From the IMG/VR virus record IMGVR_UViG_2061766007_000472: a stretch of 21,114 bases of DNA, one strand, 5' to 3'. Below, in pieces: positions 10,175 to 19,303 of this stretch. How positions within the stretch are numbered: the stretch's first letter is position 1; each line of letters starts with the position of its first letter. A program made the position numbers and the translations under genes. This DNA is from an uncultured virus (IMG/VR IMGVR_UViG_2061766007_000472). Taxonomy: Duplodnaviria; Heunggongvirae; Uroviricota; Caudoviricetes. The notes beneath the pieces were generated by a model, which was not told the origin of the DNA, ran no database searches, and worked only from the letters and a program-made list of their open reading frames with translations.

Positions 10175-11894
10175 TTTCCTGACCTATTGAAATCCTATCC
10201 TTGTCCTTTATCTATGGATTCTTTTCAAGAAGCTCTTTCAGGGACATGTTGAATCTTTTCGCTATGACGCTTAGGCTGTCGCCTTTCTGAATCTTGTATT
10301 TTCCTTTTTCCAGGTCCTTTTTCGGCAGTGGGGTCATTGTCCCAGGAATTACGTATTTGGGGTCGTGCTCCTTGAGGTATCCAAATTTGTGACTTCCGAC
10401 TTCCAGGTCCAGCTTATCTCCCCATTGCGTTTTTGCTATCTGGCTGGCCTTGTCTGGATTCATGTACGAATTCCTGTTTCCTATCGTCGACTTGAACGTT
10501 CCGTTGAAGAGCTGCAATGCGAGACCTACACATTCCTTCCATATCTCCATATTCTTTCCATTTGAGAATATGCTGAGAGCCCCTCTGTTCGGAATCTTGT
10601 ACTTAAAGTTCTTCCAGTCTGACTAAGTCATTTTATTCCAGCATGAAAACGCCAATTTCTCCTTTATGACGGCTGGAAAGTTGTCCCTGTTCCCACCAGA
10701 CCTGTTCAGGATTACGGAACATATCGCCTTTCTCCCGTCCTGTCCCTCGGCATGCCCCTCTACGTAAATCGTCCTCGCAAGCATGTTCACAACGTCAGTT
10801 GCCGAATATCCACCGTATTTCTATTTGTCGGAACAGACTCCCTTTATAGCGTCCTGAACCTGCTTACTGTATATGTTCATCTCTTTCTGGTCAACTTTTT
10901 TCAGACCTTTCGCAAGTGCGTTTTGAGATACAAGTCCAGGAATTGCCAGAATCGACGCAAGGAGCATGTACTTCCCGAGATTCCTGACGCTTTGTCCCAC
11001 AGACTCGTTTACGTTTATTGACGACCCCACGCATCCAGTGACGCAATCCGCAACATCGTCCGCTTCATATCTGTCGATGTTCTCCTGAATCCTGGAAAAA
11101 CTCTTAAGAATCTTCAAATATCCGAACTTGTCCATCAGCTTGAACGAAGAATCGGCAATCTTCCATTTCCTGGACTGCCTTTTCCTGAGCGCGTCTTCTA
11201 CGCTCTTCGGAGACGAAAAAACCTTCCTGCATTGTTTGGCCGATTCGAAAATCTTCACCGCCTCGGAAATCTTCTCCTTTAGGAACTTGAACTCGTCATC
11301 CTTGAATTTTCCATCACTTGAATTCTGTATTACAAGAGCTGTTTCATAGCATTCCAGTATGGTGTTCCTTATGTCCTGTATGACTTCCTTCGCATATTCC
11401 ATGTCGTCCGAGTAGAATTCGGAATAGGGGTCGAAATCCAAAGGTTTCAATTCTGGTCCTACAAGCCACATTCCCTATATGAAATCGTAGCATCCTACGC
11501 TCATCAGGTCCTGGTAAGGATTAGCCTGGAAATAGACCTCCAGGGGATGGTCCCCTATTTTATCCTTATCTGTATGGATATCCTTGAAGTTTTCCTCGAA
11601 GTCCGCCCGCAATACCTTGTTCATGTCATCCGAGTTGTTTTCAGTAAGTCCTTCGAACGATATGTGGATATCTATGTCGGAATCCTTCGAATACTGGTTC
11701 GACGTTATGGACCCAGTTATCCTGACGGAAGGATTCTTGAGAGAAAACCTCTATGTAACGTAGTCAACTAGAGTCTGTATATTCTCCTTGGCCGTGTCCG
11801 TCAGAACGAAGGTCCCGTTCCCAGAGTCTTTCCAGACCTCCTGGTCGAGACCTTCCTTCGGGGAATCGAGTATTGACTCAAACTCAAGCATCAT
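10164..11894 (-). CDS. Nucleotidyltransferase - SleB-type cell wall hydrolase - LysM fusion (576 aa; TAG=Gln)
   Basis: Gap-free frame from ATG 11894 (ATGA overlap) to TGA 10164-10166 through TAGs at 11751, 11475, 10821, 10623 and 10212. Pol-beta NTase motif ITGSITSNQYSKDSDIDIH...HPLEVY. SleB/Hydrolase_2 motifs LARTIYVEGHAEG.....ICSVILNR, AFSCWN and VGSHKF. LysM: YKIQKGDSLSVIAKRFNMSLKELLEKNP[TAG]IKDKDRISIGQEINV. Confidence 0.85.
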
Positions 11895-12739
11895 CCCACC
11901 TTGACCGAGAAAACTGGTTTTCCACCGCTGCTCTTACTTTTTATCAAGTCGTTCTCTGAATACTGGGACTGTCCCATCTCTTCCACTTTTTCGGCAATCT
12001 TCGTCGCTATTGCCGCGACTATCATTCCCATCTGGACTCCTTGGACCTCGTCTCCTGGACATTCCAGTGAAAGATAAGTCTGTCCATCCTCAAGACCGTT
12101 AGTGGAGGAATTTCCAAAGCTCTTAAAGATTTTCTGCTTGTTTCCGAATGCACACTTTATTTCTATTTCCCTAAGGAATGGGTCCTTGTCGTGCATCTTT
12201 TGGAATTCGTCCACGACTTTGGCCATGAGTTCGGAGTTTTCCCCTCCTCCCTGTTCCGAATTTCCTCCCGCCTGGTCCATTCCCCTTACATTGACAGCGT
12301 AGAATCTTCTTTTTTGCTCTCCAGCCTTTCCTATATTTGCAAGCCCAATATCAGTTACGGTTTCATCAGTGAGTTTAATCCCTATGGAACCCAATATTTC
12401 ATTCATTTTCTCTATAAGCTCGTCTTTCTGGAAATCCTCCTGTGTAATGACTACCAGAAACTCCCTGGATGGAAGATTGTCTCTCGCTGATGCGAGGTCT
12501 GGATATCTTGTCAGAAGTTTCTCCTGGTTCGTCATATGCTGGTCAACGTTTCCAGAGATAAGCCATTCAAATTTAGATGTTTCCCCCTTAATCTTTTTTT
12601 GAAACGCGTCCGACCTCGCAAGGGCAATTACATGTGAAATCTTTTTTCCGAGTTCGCTTCCAACAGATGCAGTCCCCTCCGCAGTATCTCCCATTCCGAC
12701 TTCTGGTTCCCTATTTTTCTTCCTCGTGTTCTTTGTCAT
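11891..12739 (-). CDS. Hypothetical protein (putative late gene)
   Basis: 282-aa ORF with AGGA RBS, downstream of GTAAATA; no motif recognised. Confidence 0.75.
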   Translation of the reverse strand: MTKNTRKKNREPEVGMGDTAEGTASVGSELGKKISHVIALARSDAFQKKIKGETSKFEWLISGNVDQHMTNQEKLLTRYPDLASARDNLPSREFLVVITQEDFQKDELIEKMNEILGSIGIKLTDETVTDIGLANIGKAGEQKRRFYAVNVRGMDQAGGNSEQGGGENSELMAKVVDEFQKMHDKDPFLREIEIKCAFGNKQKIFKSFGNSSTNGLEDGQTYLSLECPGDEVQGVQMGMIVAAIATKIAEKVEEMGQSQYSENDLIKSKSSGGKPVFSVKVG

Positions 12740-12765
12740 GGCATTTTCCTGTTTTAATACCTTGT

Positions 12766-12791
12766 TATTTACCTGGAAACAGGGGTATAAT
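12766..12791. promoter_or_regulatory. Divergent promoter pair: GTAAATA on - (12766-12772) and TATAAT on + (12786-12791)
   Basis: TTATTTACC-N12-TATAATATT; TATAAT is 7 nt before ATG 12799. Confidence 0.65.
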
Positions 12792-12798
12792 ATTCCCT

Positions 12799-14129
12799 AT
12801 GAATTACACATATTTTGTAGACCTTGGAAGCATATTCTTCATAACGTTCATAATCGGGGCCTTCCTGGAATCAATGGTGGTCAATCTACTGCAATGGATA
12901 AATTCCGACAAAATGGACCTTAAGAACAGGATTTCTAAGATACGTGGTCTCGGAGAGCTTGCAGGCAAGCTCTTTTCCCAAAGAAAAGTTACCAAGGCGA
13001 TGAAGTACAAGGAAACCTCAGAGGGGTTTTCTGGAATGACTTCCTCGATACAATCTGGAATATCAACCATTTTGGTCATTTTCGGGATACTTCCATTCAT
13101 AGTCTGGTCAATCCACTCTTTCGTATTTCCCGATTCGAGAATGGTATGGAGCTGGATTCTGGCTTCGATTGTCACATCGTCTGCCGCCACGTTATTTGGA
13201 ATCCCATTTGGACTATACAATGATTTCGTGATTGAAGACAGATTCGGATTCAACACAAAAACAAGAAAAACCTTTTTTCTCGACGTGTTAAAGGGATTCG
13301 TCATTGGTTCCCTGATTACGGTCGGACTTCAGCTTGTTCTTGATTTTGCGTTGACTAGATTTGGAAAACTTGACGTCTACGGGGTCATTTGCTGCATAAT
13401 TACGCTGTTCTTCATAGCGAAAGTCATACAATGGTTTTCCGTAAACGTAATGTTTAGGATGTTCAACAAATTCAAGCCCCTTCAAGATAAAATGTTAAAG
13501 AAGAAGATAGACGAACTCTGCAGAAGATGTGGATTCAAGGTCTCTGGAATAGAGGTCATGGACGCAAGCAAGAGGACGAAACACTCAAATGCGTTCATAT
13601 GCGGCCCGTTTTGGAAAAAGAGGATAATCCTTTTCGATACAATATTCAAGACGCTTACCCATGACGAGATTCTTGGAATCATAGCACATGAAATAGGTCA
13701 CGGGAAACTACGCCACCTGGCAATAACGGATATGTTGATGATGATTTGGATGACGTCTTTCACTGCAATCTCCTTTGTTCTCATGAAAACCCCTTATTTC
13801 TATTCGTCCTTTGGCTACACGTGGGTAAACGAAACCAACATCGAGGAGAACTACATAATAGGGTTCAGCCTTGCCTCTGCATTCATATCCTCGATATCGT
13901 GGATTGTCACCCCAGTTTCAAACTGGATTTCGAGGAAANNNNNNNNNNNNNNNNNNNNNNNNNNNNNNNNNNNNNNNNNNNNNTTGAAAACGCTATTCTC
14001 AAGCTTACGTCCGAAAACCTGTCCGACGTCGCCCCGCATCCAGCATACGAGTTCGTAAACTACACACATCCATCGATTTACAACAGGATAACGGCAATCA
14101 GGAAAAATGAAAACCAAGAAAAGAGTTGA
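12799..14129 (+). CDS. M48 family integral membrane zinc metallopeptidase (Ste24/CAAX prenyl protease-like)
   Basis: Multiple TM segments, IEDRFGFN, MDASKRTKHSNAF, RIILFDT, AHEIGH (HExxH); after the N gap ENLS...PHPAYEFVNYTHP...RI in a second frame. Confidence 0.9.
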
Positions 14130-14460
14130 TTACGGAAAGATGGCTGAATTTCTAGCAAAATCCCTTCAGAGGTTCTATCCAGACAAACACATATTCGTCG
14201 GAACGAAATGGACAAAGGGACAAGAGGCGTGTTGGTCTCACATATCGGCAAGCAGAAAAATCCTTAAATCTGTTGACGAAGAATATGAATCCAGCCCAGA
14301 AATGTTTGGAACTATTTATCCCCTGTATTGCGGGAGCCTGGGAAAAACAATGGAAGACTCAATGAAAAATCTCGTGGAAGAATTCATCAAGGACAGAGAA
14401 AACAAACTTGGGATAATGAACATTAACGAAATACTCATGAACATTGATATTTTAGGATAA
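14107..14460 (+). CDS. Hypothetical protein
   Basis: 117-aa ORF with AGGA RBS, in a run of co-oriented genes. Confidence 0.7.
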   Translation: MKTKKRVDYGKMAEFLAKSLQRFYPDKHIFVGTKWTKGQEACWSHISASRKILKSVDEEYESSPEMFGTIYPLYCGSLGKTMEDSMKNLVEEFIKDRENKLGIMNINEILMNIDILG

Positions 14461-14462
14461 AA

Positions 14463-15062
14463 ATGAAAAATGCAAGACCGAGATTCTTCGACGACTGTTT
14501 TCACATCGGGATACGGAAATGCGTTGAATTCGAGAAATACATAGATATAGTCGAGAACCGTTCATCCGTTAATCCGTCGAAGAAATTTCCAGAAAAGCAC
14601 CATATAGTACCAAGGGAGTGGCTTTCGTGGAGAGTCAATGGATTCAATTTTGTCACCGAGGACGAAAACAACGTAGTGTACCTTTCCGTAAGGTCCAAGA
14701 TTATGGCAATGCAATACCTTGCGCTGGTGTTCCTAGAGATGGGCGATTCCGTGACGTACAAGAACATTACAAAGGCAATTTCAAGAAGATACCATATGAA
14801 GTGGTACGATTTCTGGAAAAACCCATATATGGACAGAAAACTCGTCGATGCCCTGGTTGAGAAGAGAATATCCGAACTAAACGGGAAGAAGACCAAATAC
14901 GGAGACGAATACCTTTCCAGGTGCATGGAAATAATGAATTCAGAAAAAGACAAGGACTCCGCGTTCGAGAAAGTAAGGTCCGAAATGGGATTTTCGTTCA
15001 CCAGAAGGGCCCTGGAAGAACAACTAAAACGAAGATTCGGGAAAGACTACACGAACAAATAA
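14463..15062 (+). CDS. Degenerate HNH endonuclease-like protein
   Basis: EKHHIVPREW...DENNVVYLSVRSKIMAM aligns with HHIxP...NLIRLTPKEHxxAH of the HNH genes in this window, but the later His residues are missing. Confidence 0.6.
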   Translation: MKNARPRFFDDCFHIGIRKCVEFEKYIDIVENRSSVNPSKKFPEKHHIVPREWLSWRVNGFNFVTEDENNVVYLSVRSKIMAMQYLALVFLEMGDSVTYKNITKAISRRYHMKWYDFWKNPYMDRKLVDALVEKRISELNGKKTKYGDEYLSRCMEIMNSEKDKDSAFEKVRSEMGFSFTRRALEEQLKRRFGKDYTNK

Positions 15063-15078
15063 CGGATTAAGGTGGATA

Positions 15079-15540
15079 ATGGATTTCAGACATAGGATAT
15101 ATAGAGCCATCAGGCTTCTTGGGTCGGACTACATCATAAGAATATATGGAGATTCCCTGCTAAAGAACACATTGGACATAGAAAAGACCCTAGGGATGAA
15201 ACTGTGCTATTCAACTGATTTCAGCCACGTTGAATCCGACAAGCTACCGTTCTGTTTCGTATGCGGGAAATCCATATACACGTTTTCAAACGAAAACCTC
15301 GAAAACATCGCAAGCCTGTTTTTCTCATATCCAAGCATATTCGAGGGAAATTTCGTCGTAAAGGAGACTGTTCCAGAAAACAGGAATCTTTTTCTGTACA
15401 GCGCAGTAAAGTATTTCCTTAAAAAATTCTCGCATGGAGGAAAACTCATCTGCGGAAAAGACTCCAGTTCAGAGATATACATACCAGAGTTCTCGACAAT
15501 TCCAGAGTTCAAAATGAAAATGGAGGTTTCTGGGATATGA
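15079..15540 (+). CDS. Hypothetical protein, IPxF...E(L/F)KMK C-terminal family
   Basis: Ends YIPEFSTIPEFKMKMEVSGI. Confidence 0.7.
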   Translation: MDFRHRIYRAIRLLGSDYIIRIYGDSLLKNTLDIEKTLGMKLCYSTDFSHVESDKLPFCFVCGKSIYTFSNENLENIASLFFSYPSIFEGNFVVKETVPENRNLFLYSAVKYFLKKFSHGGKLICGKDSSSEIYIPEFSTIPEFKMKMEVSGI

Positions 15541-15923
15541 TAGACACGATGGAGTCCGTACTTGAGTCAGTTGAGGTTCTGGAAAGAAAACTTGGATTGC
15601 ATTTTCTGGTCTTCAAATCGACAAACCAAACGTTTGTAATTCTTTCGTCAAGCAAATCCGTTGAAAACATCCTCTATGTATTCTCTGGAATAGAAGGAGC
15701 AGAGGTGGAACTAATATGGCCAGCCAGAGAATTGGAAATGTTCTCTGACGTATCCAGAATAAATGCGAAGGATATGTGGAAATCCCTTGTCGGACCAATA
15801 AACTATATAAACCGAGGGTTTTCTGTGTACAAAAAGAAATCGTGCGGAACGTTCGAGAAATATACTGACATCCCTTCTTTTTCATGCACTTCAGAATTAA
15901 AGATGAAATTGGACATATGCTGA
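15537..15923 (+). CDS. Hypothetical protein, IPxF...E(L/F)KMK C-terminal family
   Basis: ATGA overlap; ends DIPSFSCTSELKMKLDIC. Confidence 0.7.
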   Translation: MIDTMESVLESVEVLERKLGLHFLVFKSTNQTFVILSSSKSVENILYVFSGIEGAEVELIWPARELEMFSDVSRINAKDMWKSLVGPINYINRGFSVYKKKSCGTFEKYTDIPSFSCTSELKMKLDIC

Positions 15924-16612
15924 AAGCAAAAAACAAGTCAAAGAAGAAAAAATTCAAAAGCATAGCCAGGATGACAATGACCGACAGGCTCATGTTGTTC
16001 TTCTCTGGAGTTTGGACTTCGTCGATAGCAATGTCAGTTGTGAACGAGAAAATCTCAATGTCCATAATTTTTGCGTCCATTCTCATATTGTCCATGTCGT
16101 TCATCTCTCTTAAGCACATCTTTCGAGGAAGCCCCCAGTTTGACGGAACATGCAATTTCTACGACAAGGACGTGTCCAGGCTGTATTCAGACGACGAGAC
16201 CCTGTGCGTCCTGTGCAAGTTCTTCGGGATGTTCCTCGGGGTGTACACGGATTCGTTTTCTGGCATGAAGAGCAAAAGACTCGCCCTTTTCTGGCCGAAC
16301 GGGGACTTGTGCATGAAAAAATCCGAAATTTTAAACTGCAATGGAGACGAAGTGTCCATCATGGACCCAATTTCAACCCCATTCACAAGCTTTGACTTTT
16401 CTGAAATAAATTCTGAACGAGCATTGAGGTTGATAAAAACCATTGTTTCGAGCACGACAATAGGTGGGTCGAAAATACTAAACTACGACGGTACGATGGA
16501 AGCGGACATCCCAGAATTCAAGACGGCAAACGAACTCAAGATGAAGCTCGACATAAACGGAGCAAAGACATATGTACGAGATTTACACCAAAAACAAAAA
16601 AATCGTAAATAA
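15917..16612 (+). CDS. Hypothetical membrane protein, IPxF...E(L/F)KMK C-terminal family
   Basis: Basic N-terminus, two hydrophobic segments, DIPEFKTANELKMKLDING near the C-terminus. Confidence 0.7.
   Translation: MLKAKNKSKKKKFKSIARMTMTDRLMLFFSGVWTSSIAMSVVNEKISMSIIFASILILSMSFISLKHIFRGSPQFDGTCNFYDKDVSRLYSDDETLCVLCKFFGMFLGVYTDSFSGMKSKRLALFWPNGDLCMKKSEILNCNGDEVSIMDPISTPFTSFDFSEINSERALRLIKTIVSSTTIGGSKILNYDGTMEADIPEFKTANELKMKLDINGAKTYVRDLHQKQKNRK
16605..16611 (+). promoter_or_regulatory. Putative late promoter GTAAATA
   Basis: Exact motif 5 nt before ATG 16617. Confidence 0.45.
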
Positions 16613-16616
16613 AAAC

Positions 16617-17238
16617 ATGAAAAACCCGATTAAAGCCATTGGCAAGTGGACATACGGAATTTGGTCAAAATTCCTCGACATAATAGGAGACATAAAGGTT
16701 TTCAAGTGGCCGATGTTCATAGTCTACGACCCGTCGTACTTCCAGATGACTGGGCCGATGATTCAGGAGGCGATGAAAATCCTTAGGCCAGGGGACATAG
16801 TCCTGAGGGGATACGACCACTACCTCGACGGGCACTTCATAAATGGCGACTACTCCCACGGGTCGGTCTGCACTGGACCAGAGGAGATTACCCACGCCGT
16901 GTCACCGAAAGTGTGCACGGTNNNNNNNNNNNNNNNNNNNNNNNNNNNNNNNNNNNNNNNNNNNNNNNNNNNNNNNNNNNNNNNNNNNNNNNNNNNNNNN
17001 NNNNNNNNNNNNNNNNNNNNNNNTTCGGCTTCAACACTGGGGACCCAAACGAGGTGTACTGCTTCGAGCTCGCCGCAAGGTCGTATCCGTCGCTGTCATT
17101 CAAGAAATACACCGTAAAATATCTCCTCGGCCTCGTNNNNNNNNNNNNNNNNNNNNNNNNNNNNNNNNNNNNNNNNNNNNNNNNNNNNNNNNNNNNNNNN
17201 NNNNNNNNNNNNNNNNNNNNNNNNNNNNNNCCTCCTAA
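16617..17238 (+). CDS. Permuted papain-like NlpC/P60 enzyme (YiiX/YebB-like); two N gaps, end uncertain
   Basis: LRPGDIVLR...YSHG (His) precedes VYCFELA (Cys), the permuted order typical of this family. Confidence 0.7.
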
Positions 17239-17250
17239 TCTAAAACCTGG

Positions 17251-17288
17251 AAAAATAGACGTCCGTCGAAAGACGGACGTTTTCATTT
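17251..17288. terminator. Intrinsic terminator, probably bidirectional
   Basis: Perfect 9-bp stem ACGTCCGTC(17259-17267)-GAAA-GACGGACGT(17272-17280), with A-rich and T-rich flanks, between convergent genes. Confidence 0.75.
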
Positions 17289-17342
17289 GACATCTGGGGT
17301 TTCCGAATGCGTTCGCCCAGCGCTTTTTGTATTGTTTAAAGT

Positions 17343-18137
17343 TCATCGTCCCTAAGACGAGTAACCCATGTACAGCCCCTCTTCCTTCGGAATGTAGACT
17401 TTGTGTGTCTTGTTTTCGCGTCCGTCCCTCCAGTCCCGCAGTGCCAGAAAGTTAAAATACGCATTTCCATTGTCGTCTCCGTATTTTCCAAGCAGTTCAT
17501 CCACTGCGGATTTTGCGTCTTCGAGACTGTCTCCCTCGTATACATGAACCACTTCACCAGTGGATTCGGCCCCTATCGACACGTCATACGCTGGATGGTC
17601 GGAATACATGTGCTCGCCCAAGAACTCATGTGCCTCTTCAAAGTCGGCAAACGAGGTCCAATGGCAATCTCCCCCGTTTTCAAAGAGGACGAACTGCGGG
17701 TCTTCCACCTTTCTTCCATAAGGGGAAGTCATGTCCGTCCTGGCATAGTCTCTCAAAAATTGGTAGAAATCCTTTTCATTTCCCTTGTCCAGAACCCAGC
17801 TCTTGTACGCCCTTCCATCCTTGTCGTTATGGTCGCAAGCTGGCCATTCCTCTTTACCTATAGTGTCGAAGAACTTCTGGATGCACTCCCTTGCCTAAAC
17901 GTCCTTTTCGCTGTCGGAAAGGAAGAAGTTGTCGTAGAATCCATACATCATCAGGAGGAAAAATTCGTCGCTTCCGTACATTTTCTCGTTCTTTAGGTCG
18001 AAAAACGTCCATTCGTTGTGGTACATCGTCTTGAGCTCTTCGTCGTTGAAACCACCAGAAACCCCTCCGTTGTTTTTCATCTCTTCGCTCTCAAAAAGCA
18101 TCGCCCAGTGCCTGATGAGTCCTTTGTCTATGTCCAT
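17343..18137 (-). CDS. Acidic hypothetical protein (264 aa; TAG=Gln), putative late/virion protein
   Basis: ORF-track pieces 17895..18137 and 17352..17756 are the same frame; reading through TAG 17895 and 17352 ends at TGA 17343-17345. Confidence 0.7.
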
Positions 18138-18162
18138 GATTTTCCTTTGTGAGATTTTACAT

Positions 18163-18188
18163 TATTTACCAAACATGCACGGTATAAT
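18163..18188. promoter_or_regulatory. Divergent promoter pair: GTAAATA on - (18163-18169) and TATAAT on + (18183-18188)
   Basis: TTATTTACC-N12-TATAATATT, same as at 12766. Confidence 0.65.
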
Positions 18189-18197
18189 ATTAAGGAA

Positions 18198-18817
18198 ATG
18201 GGAAAAGCAACGGATTTCCGCGACCAGGCAAAAGGCTTTTCATGTTCGGTGAAGACGACAAGAAGCCTGCACGAGGTCCTCTCCGAACTCGGGGAGGAGG
18301 CGCTCTCGCTCGCCTATTCGGAGGTGTCGGCTGCGTCACGCTGGGCGCGCGGCGCAATCCTCACGACGAGGTACGGGCAAGCAGACGGCTCGTGGGGTTC
18401 GATATTCATATTGGGAATGCACGAGAACCTGGACGGGACGGTCGACGACAGGTACGACGGGTTCAACATCCCGAGGGAGGCCGTCCTTTCCGAATCGGAC
18501 GTCGTCCCAGCGTCCAAACGTCTCCTCGAAAGGGTTTTCAGGGGAATGCCGAGCCTGAAGGCAAGGGTCAGGATTCTGACGGACATCAGGGGTCAGAGGC
18601 TCGACATGGAGGAACCGCNNNNNNNNNNNNNNNNNNNNNNNNNNNNNNNNNNNNATACTTGAAATTCTCGCAAGACAGGGGCACGAGGACGTAAGCGCCG
18701 CGCTCGAAGCCGTTTTAGACGCCGTTCCACGGTCAATTGAATGCACTGGCCCAGATTTCACGAAAGACGGCGGAAAAGGCGGGGGACTTTACGTCTCGGT
18801 CACGTTCAAGGGAGCAA
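18198..18817 (+). CDS. GC-rich hypothetical protein, 3' end in N gap
   Basis: Open from ATG 18198; after the gap a frame ILEILARQGHEDVSAALEAVLD...LYVSVTFKGA stays open to the next gap. Confidence 0.55.
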
Positions 18818-19303
18818 NNNNNNNNNNNNNNNNNNNNNNNNNNNNNNNNNNNNNNNNNNNNNNNNNNNNNNNNNNNNNNNNNNNNNNNNNNNNNNNNNNN
18901 NNNNNNNNNNNNNNNNNNNNNNNNNNNNNNNNNNNNNNNNNNNNNNNNNNNNNNNNNNNNNNNNNNNNNNNNNNNNNNNNNNNNNNNNNNNNNNNNNNNN
19001 NNNNNNNNNNNNNNNNNNNNNNNNNNNNNNNNNNNNNNNNNNNNNNNNNNNNNNNNNNNNNNNNNNNNNNNNNNNNNNNNNNNNNNNNNNNNNNNNNNNN
19101 NNNNNNNNNNNNNNNNNNNNNNNNNNNNNNNNNNNNNNNNNNNNNNNNNNNNNNNNNNNNNNNNNNNNNNNNNNNNNNNNNNNNNNNNNNNNNNNNNNNN
19201 NNNNNNNNNNNNNNNNNNNNNNNNNNNNNNNNNNNNNNNNNNNNNNNNNNNNNNNNNNNNNNNNNNNNNNNNNNNNNNNNNNNNNNNNNNNNNNNNNNNN
19301 NNN

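Noticed and set aside
11640..11730. CBASS/cGAS-like or toxin-antitoxin assignment for the NTase domain
   Set aside because: The GS/DxD motif is shared across the pol-beta superfamily, and no effector or HEPN partner gene is adjacent, so the subfamily cannot be assigned.
278..11894. Fragmented minus-strand ORFs interpreted as pseudogenes
   Set aside because: Every interruption outside N gaps is TAG in the same frame, with no TAA, TGA or indels, and the motifs stay intact; random decay would not look like this.
16888..17346. Minus-strand ORF starting with an ATGA overlap at 17346
   Set aside because: It runs through the terminator hairpin and antisense into the NlpC/P60-like gene, and its length comes mostly from Ns.
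1256..18654. Apparent frameshifts in the fibre, LRR, M48, 6224, 16617 and 18198 genes
   Set aside because: Each coincides with an N gap of estimated length, so there is no evidence for programmed or real frameshifts.
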